Positions 23,780-37,744 are shown, numbered from the whole stretch's first letter. The stretch is 63,245 nucleotides of DNA, filler included, from Lenisia limosa (GCA_001655205.1; 10 parts of 10 records of this genome joined end to end with filler, not necessarily neighbours in it), one strand, 5' to 3'. A program made the numbers and translations. Notes: generated from the sequence alone by a model not told the origin.

Positions 23780-25858
23780 TTGATAATAGTTTCCGAATTT
23801 AGCCCCGTGAACAATCAGACATTTCAAGATCTCATACTCCAAGAAATTAGCCGCAAAGTTCAACGCTGTTTCACCCTTAATTATGAGTGACTTGCGGGTA
23901 TGACAAAATATTAAGCTTAATAAAGCGGTTATGTGGAGATTATCAAATTTTCAAAACGGGTTAGAATCAATATCATAAAAATGAAGGATCAATAGATCTA
24001 CCAGTTTTTAGTAAAGTTCGGTAGCTTTCACACCAGAGAAGGTGAGAATTAATAAACAAAATTAGAGCCAGCAAACATGGTGGTTGTGGTGCATAAAATT
24101 TGCTCCTTTGTCAATTAAAAACCGTGTTGTCTTAATGTCACGCGAACAAAAAAGAGGAGGGGTTCCCTGACTGGGTAAATCGATTACACATTTACAATGA
24201 ACAAAAATCGATAAACACCAAACTGAGGAGAGTATCTATATAAAAGTCAGAAAAAATAAACTGATTTCGTATAAGAAATAAATTGAGCTTAAAAATATAA
24301 CTCGATTAAGCTTCTTGTAGCGTCTCCAGTTAAGCCCACAAACATCCTCGGTAAGAGCATTGACATCGGCACCTTGTTCTATCAAATACTTCACAATGCT
24401 GACGCCAACATCCCCAACATGTGTGCAAGCGATATGCAGAGGGGTGAGGCGCTGCTAATATTTAAGAAGTGAATATACCTTGAAACTAAGAAAAAAGACC
24501 TACATGGGGGGTAGTGAAGTTGACATCCGCTCCGTGTCCAACGAGGAATTTTGCTAATGAGAGGGATGGCATGTCACAAGTGACGTGAATGTCACACGCG
24601 ATGTGAAGAGGGCTATGTCCCTAGAATATTACTGAACAAAACCACTTTTGGTATAAAAAGATATTACACTGCTTGAAAAATATCGATAATTGACTGGTGA
24701 CTCTTGATCCAGCTTTTTGGACCCGTCCCCCCAACCACATGCAAGTTCACCAAAGTATTGGGGTCGACTCTAAGAACTGTGAAAATATACTCCATGACGG
24801 AGAAACTTTTAGAATCAAGAGCCAAATCGAGTATTTTCCTCTGAAATGGTGAATTTAAGATTCAAATATGATGAATGCGTATGATTAGACGAACGCAAAC
24901 AAACCATCGATTGAACCTCTTCGCCCAAACTTGTGATCTTCTCCAGTATACAAAGAGCTACTTCTCCGTGGCAATACCTTAATGCATCCTCAATAGCCGT
25001 GCTAGCCGCCCACATAAATTAATTAAGACAGTGCGAGATTCAGTTCAGTTGAGAGTGTTTATGGTCAAGTGTTAACAAATATAAACGAACATTTTAAATT
25101 GACTGAAATAGTTGCCTTGTTTTGTTCTTATTATCCTTGTTTGACGCATCATACCGACGGATGGAATGAGTTTGACGCAAGCCCTTTGTCCAGTAAGTAG
25201 AGGCACGTGCTCACGTTTCCGCTTTGTGCAGCTTTGTTGAGAGCGGTTTTGTTGCCCTGAAGCGAGTAAGCGAATTAGACTAATGGTTTCAACCATCAAT
25301 ATAGTTTGTAAATGTAGGTAATACGCACTATCATATTTTAAACAGACATAACACAATATCCGTATACCATGATTTTTTTTGTTTGAGTTATATCACTATC
25401 AGAAATCTCATAGGTATGGATGGTTACAATCACTTCAATCAACTGACAATAATAAGGATTATCCGCAAAAAAAAAAAAAAAAAAAAAAANNNNNNNNNNN
25501 NNNNNNNNNNNNNNNNNNNNNNNNNNNNNNNNNNNNNNNNNNNNNNNNNNNNNNNNNNNNNNNNNNNAACAAAATACCCACATTTAAACCGAATTTAGTC
25601 AATGCTTGATTATGAAGATTTTTGCTGATATTTACACTGGCCGCAATAATTCTTGATATGGCAATTGAGCCCGTATCGGGACTTATTGCGGACACAGTAA
25701 AATACTGTATTACAAATAAAGCGTTGCATATCGGAAAAACACATTCCTCTTACATCATCAGTATCAAAAGAAGCAAAAACAAAAGCACCGCGATCAATAA
25801 GCTCAATAACAATGTCTGTATGGCCAGCTCTGCTCGCCATATGAAGTGGAGTCAAGTC
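23780..25858 (-). CDS. Ankyrin-repeat protein (multi-exon, partial)
   Basis: LTPLHMASRAGHTDIVIELIDRGA; GHSPLHIACD...LAKFLVGHGADVN; LTPLHIACTH..GVSIVKYLIEQGADVNA; GETALNFAANFLEYEILKCLIVHGA. Confidence 0.9.
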
Positions 25859-25886
25859 CTGTAAGAATTAGAAAATCCATTTTCTT

Positions 25887-25904
25887 GGGGATTCACTTCG
25901 GTTC
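25887..25904. mobile_element. MITE family A terminal fragment
   Basis: ggggattcacttcggttc matches the family A TIR start. Confidence 0.5.
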
Positions 25905-26535
25905 GGTGCGGTTATGATCAAAACTGTCATATACTACATGTTTTTATAATAATATATATCATATACTATAGGGTCATCATCATATATGCATGGATACTCT
26001 ACGCTTTTTTGACTAGGTAGGGTAGGTCAGAAGACAACTTCAAATGTATATATAATGTATATAGAGAGCTACATTGATAAGACTGAATGAAGTTGTCAGT
26101 GAACCTCTGACTGTTGAGGAAGCTGCGTTGAATATCTGTCAAGCAGATCTAACTCTGTTCTTTTAACGTCTTTACAATTTATTTTGCTATTTATTTTTGG
26201 AAAATTTCAACACTGTTTTCATAAAACATATATCATATGATATAAAAAATGTATCTAAAAATAAGGGGATATATATAATGAGTTATAGATGACAACGCAA
26301 ACACTCACATGAACGCAAACGCTTTTTCATTTTTCGAATCAAACCCGATCAATAACGTCAATACACTAGATTACAATGCAAATAACATAAGAATAAAATC
26401 TGTCACCTAAAACAGGATTATTTTACCAAGAAAATGAATAACAAAATCGTTGGATTACTAAATCGTTATCCTGATTTGGAAATGGAAAAAATATGATGTC
26501 AGAAGGCGGCGGGTGGAATGAGGAGGAGGGGGACG

Positions 26536-26635
26536 NNNNNNNNNNNNNNNNNNNNNNNNNNNNNNNNNNNNNNNNNNNNTTAATTAATTAANNNNNNNNN
26601 NNNNNNNNNNNNNNNNNNNNNNNNNNNNNNNNNNN
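26536..26635. other. Artificial scaffold linker
   Basis: 44N-TTAATTAATTAA-44N. Confidence 0.97.
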
Positions 26636-26699
26636 GGGGGGAGTAGAATTGGTAAACTGACCAAGTGACTCGTTAAAAAGAAAAGATTGGTGGGGCGTT

Positions 26700-29600
26700 G
26701 TTAGTGTCTCACATGAGCAAAGAATATAAATAAGAAAGAAGAAAAAGTGTCATGGTTTGCAGAATGGCAGAAGAGACCCTTGTATAAGCCAAATGCCCCA
26801 TAATGCTCAAGCCTCACCAGTTGGAGTCCCAAGTGTAGCAGGTAGGTTGAGGGTGAAGCCTAAAGATGACGAACGCGTGTCCCATGAATGCACCCCCCCT
26901 GAATTGTTAGACGGACCCCTGAATTGTTAGACGGTACCCCTGAATTGTTAGACGATACCCCTGAATTGTCCCACCTTTCTTAGTGGCTAGAAGAAGAACG
27001 TTGTGGAACTTGGGGTCGCTGAATGAAGAAATGTATGAAGCACTTCCGCCTTGCTCCTCGGTCAGAGTGATCTCTGACTGCACCGTGGGGCTCCTCTCGG
27101 TCTAATGTAATAAAATACTGGGGCTCCTCTCGGTCTAATGTAATAAAATACTGTGGTGATGGAAAAAAGGGTTTAGAAAACCCCAAACCGGGAACACCAG
27201 AACTCGACCATCCTGTGAAGAAGACGCAAATGTGTTCGTTCTAAACAATCAGGATGGAAACTACCAAATAATAAGACGAATAACCGGGATCGGAACTGAC
27301 CTCGGAAGACATGCAAGGTCAATAACGGGTACGGGATGGTCAAGGGTCAGCTTGGCTCGGAAGGTGTGGTTCGCTTCTATCCGACTGTATACCCAAACCT
27401 GGCGGGTCAGAAAGGAGGAGAGTATATTTGTCTTGGCCCGGCCCAGACCTTAACAGTATGGTCAGTTGAGGCTGTAGCGACGTATTTCTCGTCCGGTGAT
27501 TTAACAATGGCAGTGATGCTACCCTGGTGCTCGTGCAGGTGGGCCATGAGAATGCCTGGCATGGGTCACTCCAAAGTGCCACGGATAGCCTACCTTGCGG
27601 AACGTACGGCTCCACCACTGTTACAGGGTCCTTATGTGTGAGAGAGTTCTGCGGGCGCGGTGCAAAGGGGAACCTAAATTAATCATGACTGGAATTGCAA
27701 AATGATCCCACCTTTTCTTCATTGTTGATGCGGGAAGGTCGAGGACGTCATAATTGTACTTTGTCACAATCTGGGGCTGCGTCTATAATGTCAATTTCAG
27801 AAGCGATCATCCACATAAACCTGCCAATCAGATCTTTGAACCAACCTCGCGGTAACGACTGGCGGCCTGTAAGCGGGTGGCTCGTCTTCGGCTCCGTTCC
27901 GCCTTCATCAAAGCCTCATCCGCGGTGCCGAGGGGGAGGTGCAAGATATTCTTCTGCAGGTGTTAAAGATTCAAGGTTCCTGCCATACTTGGGGTACCGA
28001 CCAACCTTGCGTAAGTGTCGCACAGGCTCAGAGAAGTACTCCTAAATACAAGTGAATTCATTTTATCTGTTTTCAAAAATTTCGTATAATAATGAGTTCT
28101 GTAAGCAAGGCATCACTTCAAAAGAGTTTGTTTAGCCAACCTGCAAATGGTTCTCCTTAGTTAACGTTCGCCTCTCTCGTGCAAGGGCCAAAGCAATAAT
28201 GTAATACCGAATCTATGCAATGAGCCCGGGGGGNNNNNNNNNNNNNNNNNNNNNNNNNNNNNNNNNNNNNNNNNNNNNNNNNNNNNNNNNNNNNNNNNNN
28301 NNNNNNNNNNNNNNNNNNNNNNNNNNNNNNNNNNNNNNNNNNNNNNNNNNNNNNNNNATACACAAAATCATAGTGTGTCAAAAAAAAAAAAAGTAATTCT
28401 TCAAAAATCATTGATATTGTGAAGTGTACTATTATATTTGATATGGTCCTTGATCTTTTAATACAACAGGCCACCTGCAGGAGCTGACGAGCAGTGCTAG
28501 CAGTTTCAGCGCAGAAGCCAAAGCGTCCCGGGTACATTCGTTGTCGGATGTGGACAGGAATGGCACCAGCCCAACCTTCAGGCCACGGCAGCGGAACATC
28601 AGGTCCGGTGGTCGCACTATCACGTCAGTTGAGCGAATATCGTTATTGAGGGAATAAACTGAAGGGACCTTGGATCAGGGAATAATAATAAGCCAAAAGT
28701 TCACTTTTCAGCTGGAGCGACGCTCAGTGAGTCGGCGGCCAACTGGACAGCTTCGTTGAAACTGTGTCGCGGGATCTGCAGCAGTCACCTCATGAGGAAG
28801 GTGTAAAATATGATATATTGTTTGAGAAATGAAGGAATCTACCCCCCCACTGGATCTCTCAGTGCCCTCATAAGGTCATGGGGTTGTAGCGACGAGGATC
28901 TGGTGTTACAGAAAGGCTCGACGAGAGGCAGCACCGAAGCCTCCACCATTTTAGGTCCAATCAAAACTTCCACTGATGCTAAAAACGCAATTGCACCTGA
29001 CAAGTCAATATGGGGGCAATATCTATGTGTGTATGATACGATGATATGATTATACTATCTAATATGTTGACTACTATATGTAATATATTCTAGTTTCATA
29101 CTAATGCCTATACATACTTGGTATAGGGGTTCGAACCCCCAGCTATCCAGACTTTTACTTCTATTGTGATGCGTTTCAAAAAAAGAATATACATTTTAGC
29201 ATTAAGGTTTTTATTTAAGATATATCATATTATATAGACGATTATTNNNNNNNNNNNNNNNNNNNNNNNNNNNNNNNNNNNNNNNNNNNNNNNNNNNNNN
29301 NNNNNNNNNNNNNNNNNNNNNNNNNNNNNNNNNNNNNNNNNNNNNNNNNNNNNNNNNNNNNNNNNNNNNNNNNNNNNNNNNNNNNNNNNNNNNTTCGCAG
29401 GATAGACCCCCATTAATGATATTAGTTTACCTCCATAGTCAGAGAAGGATATCATATGGCTGATACCAAAAAGAGGACATTTTGTAGAAATTATGTACTA
29501 TATTATGTTTAAAGGCTGGTGTATACTATTTGACCAAGTTTTTGCGCCCTCCAACCGTTACGAATCCATTTCGAGGGGTGGACAAGCATGTCCACGGCTT

Positions 29601-32600
29601 TGCTTGCAAGGTCCACAGCGGCGGTGGCTGACACCAGGTCCCGGCGGCACACATCGCCCAAACTTGTTACTGCCCTGCACGCCACCACCTCATCAGGATC
29701 TGTCAAGGCGGTCAGTTGCTGATCAACATGTTTGCGAATTCAAGTTAGATTGTATCGTCATATATTATATCATATATATGTAATTAACTCGTCATAATCC
29801 GAGATCAGGCGCGACATAACGGTCCTACCAGCAAGAGCGGTTATGATCAGCGGAAGAAGGTAGTCATTGACGGCCTGGAGGGTTGATTGAATTGTTATAG
29901 TAATATTCATTGTTTAGTGGACTTACTTGTGGGGTTGAAGCTGCACTGAGGGCACCAATCTCATCAAAGAAAGCTGAGCGAAGCTAGGCATATCAGGCAC
30001 TTTCATCTGAGGAGAAATGGAAACACGCTCTCCCCATCATACTGCGCGGTCATTCTCGTTGAGGAAAGTAATCAATAGGGGAAGGAGTCGGTTGACGGTT
30101 ATGTCCGTTCCAAGAGCCTTAGCAAGAATTCCGACTCTCTAGTGGGGTCAAAGGAAACATGAATGGCCAACGTTAACGAGTCCGGTCTTGACATAAGCAG
30201 GCTTGGCTGCAAGGATCTCAACAATGTCCATCACCTTGGCTTGGAGAGCATGGAGACGACTGGCTGCCTGTTATGATAAGAAGGAACTGAACTGAACTGA
30301 ACCTCTTACCACTTCGTCGTCGGCATTACCAGAACTTGTGGCCTTTTGCAGCTGTGTTGTCATGCTCTCCGTTTCAACAAACCTAAAAAGACGTCAAGAG
30401 CTTTTGTGGTCTATACAAACCTTGTGGAGTGGTAGGCGATGTCTGGCAGACAAGACGCCAAAGACGACAGGACAAGAGACGACTCTGAAGACGCGAGCTG
30501 AAAGGGTGAATAATTCCTATCTACTGTATTGTTTCCTTTGATACGATATGCTCAACACACGAAAGAGAATTGTTCAACACACTGGCGAAAGAGAGATGTT
30601 CAACACACGGGCAAAAGAGAGATGTTCAACACTGGCGGAAGAGAGGTGTTCAACACTGGCGAAAGAGATGGCAAGACCCACCGAAAGCAGTGCGGGGAGG
30701 AGATAATGGGCCGGCGCCGCAGCCTCGCGTGATGGAATCTCGGTTACCGACTTCAGCAACTTACTCACAACCTCAACAGCTGGAGCCAGTCAGAGGACAA
30801 AATCGAGCCTTCAAGGTTTCTTTGAAATACAATTTTCGACTTGTTCATCATAATGCTTAGATCTAAGCATAAAAAAAGGCCTACCCAAGCTTTGGACGTG
30901 TGCAGACTGTGACTCAAACTGAGAAACTGCCATCGGAATACCAGCTTCATAATCAGTTGAATTAATAATGTAGTGAAGCAATATAACACAAGAATAGATT
31001 GAGAATATAAGACCAATTATCACGCAAACATCCAAGTTTGGCAGCGTCTGGAAGCTTGACAAAAAGCGTTTCCAACATTATGAGGCCTTTTCGAATATTC
31101 AGTGGCTCCTACTGAATAAACAATATGGAGACGAAATGGAAAAGAAAGTGTCTGGCCAATAAAGAATGCAGATAGCTATATGAAGATCCCGCACACTCGC
31201 GCTCCACGCAAAGACGACCAACACAACGTGATAATGGGGTCAAGAATGCCGCCGTGGCCCTGAGCCTGGGGTGCCTCCAAATCTCGAAACTGGACCATTA
31301 ATGCCATATGTCATCGATCATTAATATATGGATATTACCCCCCCCCCCCNNNNNNNNNNNNNNNNNNNNNNNNNNNNNNNNNNNNNNNNNNNNNNNNNNN
31401 NNNNNNNNNNNNNNNNNNNNNNNNNAGTGACGGGAGGAGTGAAGGAATGTGCCAGTGGGGACTACACAATAAGATAGAAAGAGCAAAAGGGCCGCTTACA
31501 GGAGGGGAGATTGGAGTTTCACGGAAAGGGGGAGGTGATACAGGGGACCTGGGCGTTAATGCAGAGAAAATGATAACCCAACTGAGGAAGCGGGCTATTG
31601 GTGTTCATTAGCTTTGAGCGTTGGCGAGCTTGGTGCTGCTATGTGAGAAGTGAAAGAAAAGGCCTACGGTAGCCGGGATAGTAACGCCTGTCGAGTCCGG
31701 TGACGGTGCGTGGCCCTTCTTGTGAACGACAGGCTGTGTAGTTAGATTGTGTAAAGCTGTCCACTGCATCAAAATTCTACGGAAATTTATTGCATAAGGC
31801 TTACCACGTGAGAGAAGAGAGCGTCAATTTCGGTGTTGACAATAGAGGGGTTGGAACTAGATCCCGCCAGACCCTGCACCCCAACGTGTCCCTACGTTGC
31901 CGTTAAATTATACCCAGCTGAAAGCAATACAGGGAAGATGGAACCCGGATCAATCAAAAAGATATTGCTCACTTCCATTTCTCCGCCAGTGACTTCTCCG
32001 AGACCATCCCAGGCCGGGGTGGCAACAATTACTTCCGAACCGCTTCCGCTTCCGTCGGCAACAAACAATGCCGACTCAGGGGGGTACTCATTAGTGTATG
32101 AACTGGAATGCATTCGATGCGACCGCGGCTCCGTAATGCGCTCTGCCACCGGATCATAGAAACGGCTCAACATGTACTCCGGGCTGGATGTCAAAACCAC
32201 ATATATGGCTGATAAGGGAGAGGAGGGCAAACAATCCAAATACTATGAGGATGGATGCGTATCATAAACATAGATTTTACGACGATGACCCTTACCTGTG
32301 TGTTGGAGGGGGCGACACGTGAGATGCCAAGAAGGAGGCTGCTGAGAGATTGGACTCCACCTGCATCCCAATTACAGATATTACAACGGACAACATACAA
32401 CATATAGGGCTTCACTTTGGTTCGAAAAAAGACTGAATGTCTCGATAAATCCTCGAAAACTATCGATATCCGGTCTTTTTCGAACCGAAGTGAAGCCCTA
32501 ACAACATACCATTGTTGTTTTGATTTACATGATTTTGGGGTATTTTACATCCAAATACCTTGGCAAGAAGCGCCTGTGCATCCAAAAGTCCAATCATGGG

Positions 32601-35005
32601 GGTAGTGGTTAGGTCAAAGCGGGAACTTGGACCCGAAGATGAGGATGTTGGAATAGGTAATTTCGGCAGGTCACGTGGAGGCTTGGTCAGAGGTTCTCCC
32701 TGTCAGTCAGACTTCCTGTGGTGTTTCTATGGATACAAAACAAAAGAAAAATGATATGATATAACTTATATAATATATTGAAAAAAAGGCAGCACCTGTT
32801 CAGCCGTCTCGCCGTCAGGGGGTATGTCGACCTTCTCATACTCGTCTTCGATCAGCCCCGAGTCTAAGGTGATGAAAATATTGAACTTCCTGTCGCGAAG
32901 TAACCCCCCTCACCTTCTCCGGGGCTTGTGGTGTCAGAAGAACCAAGGTCGGAAAATATCTCTGTCGGGACCATCCCTAACAGATGAATTGTTATAAGTC
33001 ATACCCTCTGATTCTTTTACCATGATAAATTTCTATCGTTGCATTGTTACATTGACCCCAGCCACCTGACTCCAAGAGCCCGGATCCCGCCGTCATGGCC
33101 CGGGCCAGGGACTCGCTCTCAAGCCCCTGCTCAGCAAGGCTGCACAGGTCCGGTAGGTGATTCTCAAGGCGATTGAGACGCTTGTCTGCACTCAACGCAA
33201 GAACACTGATGAAGTATGGCCGCAAGACCTGGGGTGTGACGAGAATAGTACTGCCATCTTTTTTTNNNNNNNNNNNNNNNNNNNNNNNNNNNNNNNNNNN
33301 NNNNNNNNNNNNNNNNNNNNNNNNNNNNNNNNNNNNNNNNNNNNNNNNNNNNNNNNNNNNNNNNNNNNNNNNTCTAAATATTCTGCCGCAGAGAGACGCT
33401 AAACGATTATCACAATAAGAATTCAACATAAACCAGTAGTTTTGACCAACCTTTGCAGGGTTGAGTTGAGTCATGCTGCTGACTAAGTCACGAACAACCG
33501 GATCAGAGAGATCTATTTCATCAACAGAATTTCGACGACCTATTTTACGCATTCATTATTGATATTATTTGTAACAAATGTTCACCGTCAAAAACCCTCA
33601 TAACCCACTCGAGAGGTTAGGGGGAACACCTTCCTTGACATAAAGGACCAAACTGGCAAAATCGAAAAGCCTGTCATCTCCATCCATAAACAGCTCGGAA
33701 ATGACACATCTATGGAGTAAAAATTTACACATGCTGCTTCCACAAAATCTGCCTCCATAAAATTTTTGATAGTATATTGTTTTATACTACTAATACATAT
33801 CATATGATATTATCTATGATATGTACATGTAGATATGATATATCTATAATCATGTAAGTAGTGTCCAATATGAGTACAACAATTTGTCAAAGATATGCGT
33901 CTAACCCGAGAGAGAAGATGTCCATTGCGGCTGTTAGTTGTTGCGGCGCATCATCACCTACTTGGTGAACAAAAAGAATGGTGAGACTACTCTCTAACTT
34001 TTACCATGATAAATGAGAAGATTATTTGTTTATTTTCTTATCACACACCTCTTTTGAACCTCTCTGGAGCAAGGTAACACGAGCGCCGTCCGCTTGAGTC
34101 GAAGAAATATGTAAATGTCGCAGGATTGTCAATTTCTACACACTAGAAAATCAGGACAAATACAGGACAAAACAGAGTGGATGAAAAATAAGGATGATTG
34201 GCTGATTTTTGGCAATAACAGCAACCACTTACGATTGGCTTATGATTGGCAAAGTCAGCAAGCACAGCCCAGTGCCACGTAGTAATCATCACGTTCTCTG
34301 ACTGAAAAGGTAATGCAAAAAGTACAAGGCCACTCCATCCAAAGAAATTACACATAAAGCAAACCTTGATATCTCCATGGTAGATTTCTCTTGAGTGGAG
34401 ATCCGCTACAGCTGCCAGCATCAAATACGCTAGCCATCTCTTTTCATCCCGCGACAGGAAGGGACGAGTACTGAGTGGTCAGTTGGAAACTAATCAACTC
34501 TATATTATGTTTCATCAAGACACAAATTCTTTAACACAGCCTACAAAAGGCGATCGTAGAGGTTGTAGGCGAAGTGCGGTCTGACATAGTAGGCGATCTG
34601 GTCTCCATCAAACAAATGAAGTTTGTCGTGACTCAGAGCCACAGCGGAAGGCAGAAATGGCTCACTGTTGATCAAACGATGGATACCTAGTGTATCAACA
34701 GTTACAAAAAAATTAAATTTTCAAACGTCTAAGCTTTTCTCCATAAGCAGAAAGATCAGTTTTATCAGCTTTGTCAACTTTAACAAAGACCTTGGCAACT
34801 AGAGGGGGAAGTGTCTTTTCAGCGGCTCCAGTAACCTGTTACATGTCATGATGCTAAATATGAAGAAAGCAAAGAGAGAAGGAGGATAGCTTACCCGGAC
34901 AGTCTTCAGAAAACGAGCGCTACCTAAATGGCTCACTATTTTCAATCCCCTCTCTTCAAAATGAGAGTCCTGCACACCAGCTGTTGTGGCTAGGACGTTT
35001 CCCAT
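26700..35005 (-). CDS. VPS15: VPS15/PIK3R4 (kinase-like domain, HEAT repeats, start of WD40), multi-exon, 3' truncated
   Basis: MGNVLATT...[11 protein letters not shown]; HGDIK|[22 protein letters not shown]; [24 protein letters not shown]; [11 protein letters not shown]; [16 protein letters not shown]; [11 protein letters not shown]; [38 protein letters not shown]. All match PIK3R4 in order. Confidence 0.95.
26896..26969. repeat. 20-21-bp tandem repeat x3.6
   Basis: cccctgaattgttagacg(ga/gta/ata) units. Confidence 0.92.
27086..27153. repeat. 33-bp perfect tandem duplication
   Basis: tggggctcctctcggtctaatgtaataaaatac x2. Confidence 0.93.
30549..30668. repeat. 24-26-bp minisatellite x~5 within the VPS15 span
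   Basis: tgttcaacac(ac)tggcgaaagagaga units. Confidence 0.9.
32407..32498. mobile_element. MITE family A, best-preserved copy (92 bp, 26-27-bp TIR, TA flanks)
   Basis: TA|GGGCTTCACTTTGGTTCGAAAAAAGAC ... GTCTTTTTCGAACCGAAGTGAAGCCC|TA; located in a VPS15 intron. Confidence 0.92.
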
Positions 35006-35316
35006 GCTGAAGGGATTTCAACAACTTCACTTTTCTTGACTTTCCTGATCTAAATTTACAACTACATTACACTATACACCGTTTGTCGGCTCTGCTTTAA
35101 ACTGGTTTTTGATGGCCGAAAATTTAATGTAATTATAGTGGCATCTGGGGGTTCGATTGTCTGGCCAAGCAAACCTTCCCCAACAAGATGTGTTTTTTTT
35201 TGCCCCACCCCTGTATCCTTTAATTAAGATTAAAAGATTGAATCAAGAAGTAAAGAAGCAAAAAGAGCTTTTTAAAACTTGACCTTTTTCGACTTGTAAG
35301 ATTCCTAAAGGGCAAA

Positions 35317-37681
35317 ATGTCCCACGTATGGTTTGTTTCTATTCCTGGAACGTCTCCTAAAGTGTGGAGTGGCCTTAATGCTGTGACTGAAGCTAAGCAT
35401 CTCTCTTCAAACTCAAAGTACGAAGCCTTCTTGCTCTATTCTACCCTTATTTTATTAAAATTCGTCGATTTTGACACACAGATTCGTGATTCCCTCTCTC
35501 CGAGTTGGTACACTTGACAGTCTTATGGAAATGAGTGAAGCCCTTGGTAGGAGGAGTTTAAGATTAAAGTTTTCTTATATTTCTTATCCCAACAGCTAAA
35601 ACAGACCAATTTTGTGAAAATGTTATCCGTAAAATGAGTCGCCAAACAAAAGAACTTCTTTGCTCTTCGGATGTGGCAGAAGAGGTATGCACCTTTCCCC
35701 TTGAACGTTGTTTCATTCAACCAGGCCTCTGACGTTCTCACCCTTCGCAATGGTCTTCCGATTCAAGTTGGTCTTACCAAGTAGGCATGATGTTCTTTGA
35801 TATTAATAGCAAGCATGGTTAGAAGGAGAAAACCTCAAAATATATAAGATAAATCTGAATTTTACCAAAACACTACTTTTTTTGGCTCAAAGAACTCCCC
35901 GGTCTTAGTTATCAATTTCTCAATTTGTTGTAACGTGCTTGTAGTCAAATAACTTGACCTTGAGGATCTTGTGGTCAAAACAGGGCACCTATATAATGGA
36001 CCAAAAGGAGAGTAGAACCGATTTAGCAGGGCTAGAACATACTTGAACAGGAAAAAAACTAGAGATAAAATTCCCTCAGAGGTAAGTTTCATTGATTGGC
36101 TTTTAGCTCATACTTATACAAAAAAACTACAATCCGTAAACAATTTACTCTCAACCTGCATTGCTTTCAGCTTGGAGTTATGATTATGTATGACACCACT
36201 GATTGCCAAGGTTCGCCTGGAACGATGCGCGTTACCCCACATCAGAGACTATATCAAATCTCACCGAGAAGATTGACAAGGTTTGTTGGGTGCAGAGGGT
36301 TAAACTATTTGACACGTTTATTGTTCAGCATGTTTTGAAAGTTGATGATGATTTGAAGACCAAATCCACAAGTTACTTATCCATCAAAGGCACAATCGCT
36401 TCAATAGACAGAAAGCAACAGTTGGTGGTGTGTTGATTCCTTCTTTGGGTCATATCGCAATAGTGTATCATTTTCTGACCCACCCAGGGGAAATCTGTCA
36501 ATACGTCCCCTATCTGGTTTGGTAGACCATTGCAAGATTGTAGACACTGAGTATCTTGTTTCCGCTGCAATTGCAGTCCCAAAGTATGGTAATTTTACTT
36601 GGTTTCTATTGGTGTGTTTTTGTTTCCTGCTTCCATTTTGGTACTCCAACTATACCATAGCACATTATTCCACCACTTTCAGATTTTTGACATTTATTAG
36701 TCTTTCTTCTCGGCATATTTCCCTTATAGCTATTCAAGGCCATTTAGGAACAGCGTGAAAACATTTGAGGAAGAGTATGAGACTGCTTGTGACAACATTG
36801 TTCCAAGGTGAATTATCTCATGATCTCCTTTCGTCATCTTTCAGATCCATTCAACTGGTACAGGCGGACAAGGACTTTTCTCTGTATTTGGTTGTTGTTT
36901 TCAGGTAAGAAGCAACCTTGTTAATTTTCCTATATCAGCCAGACAGGTATAACACTCTAGGAAAAACGTCGATGATTTGAAGAAGGCTGGGAGGGAGAGA
37001 AGGTGGATTGTGAGAGACTGCGAATTCAAGGTGGGTCTGGGTTCTACGTCACTAACCCTCCTCGACGCTATGTCACGATTTTAGCCAGAGGAGGCTGAAG
37101 CGACAGCGATTGCCCGTGAGAAGCTTGACGCAGAGCTTCAGATTAAATGGGCGTCTCTTTTCAAGTGGCTGAAGTCCCAGTTCATTGATGCTTTCCAGGT
37201 CAGCCTGGTTGTCATCTCATCGTCTATACTTTGCGTTTATGATATGAAAATAGTTCCATTCTTTTATAGCAAAGGCTTGGGTCCACGTGAAGGCCATGAG
37301 AGTGTTTGTGGAGAGCTGCCTGCGATACGGTGTCCCGCCAGAATTCACTGCGGCGGCTCTTCAGGTTCGGGAGGCAACATGAGACACAATTTCATTTTGA
37401 TTGAAAAGGAAACTCATGTAATCATTCCACGCAGACAACAGCTAAAACCCGTCCAACTCTCAGAAAGGTGCTCAACGAAACATACAAGTCACTCGACCCG
37501 TCCTGGAAGGTAAAACATGGAAACTTGTCCATTTGTTTGCTTTTTCAATTTGGTCATCCATTCTGTGGTCATCTTATTATTAATACAGGATGACTCAACT
37601 ATTGATGACGCCATGGCCTATCTTGCTTCTGGGGATTACTACCCCTATGTCAGTGTGCAAATGAATCTTGACATCTTTTAA
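35317..37681 (+). CDS. ATP6V1C: V-type proton ATPase subunit C
   Basis: [11 protein letters not shown]...K|[21 protein letters not shown]; FAWNDARYP; [12 protein letters not shown]; [14 protein letters not shown]; [14 protein letters not shown]; [22 protein letters not shown]; [14 protein letters not shown]. Confidence 0.96.
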
Positions 37682-37744
37682 TCCTCTTTTTGAGAAAGGG
37701 ATACAATCATGATTAAACCACACACCCTTTGCTTACGGACCCGT

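Noticed and set aside
29126-29139. ggggttcgaacccc T-arm/B-box-like palindrome (a similar gaatcgaaccc occurs at about 56630)
   Set aside because: There is no acceptor stem, D arm or anticodon arm, so it is not a tRNA or a recognisable SINE.
30549-30860. ORFs with repeated DVQHWRKR peptides
   Set aside because: They are translations of a minisatellite on the strand opposite VPS15, with no coding evidence.
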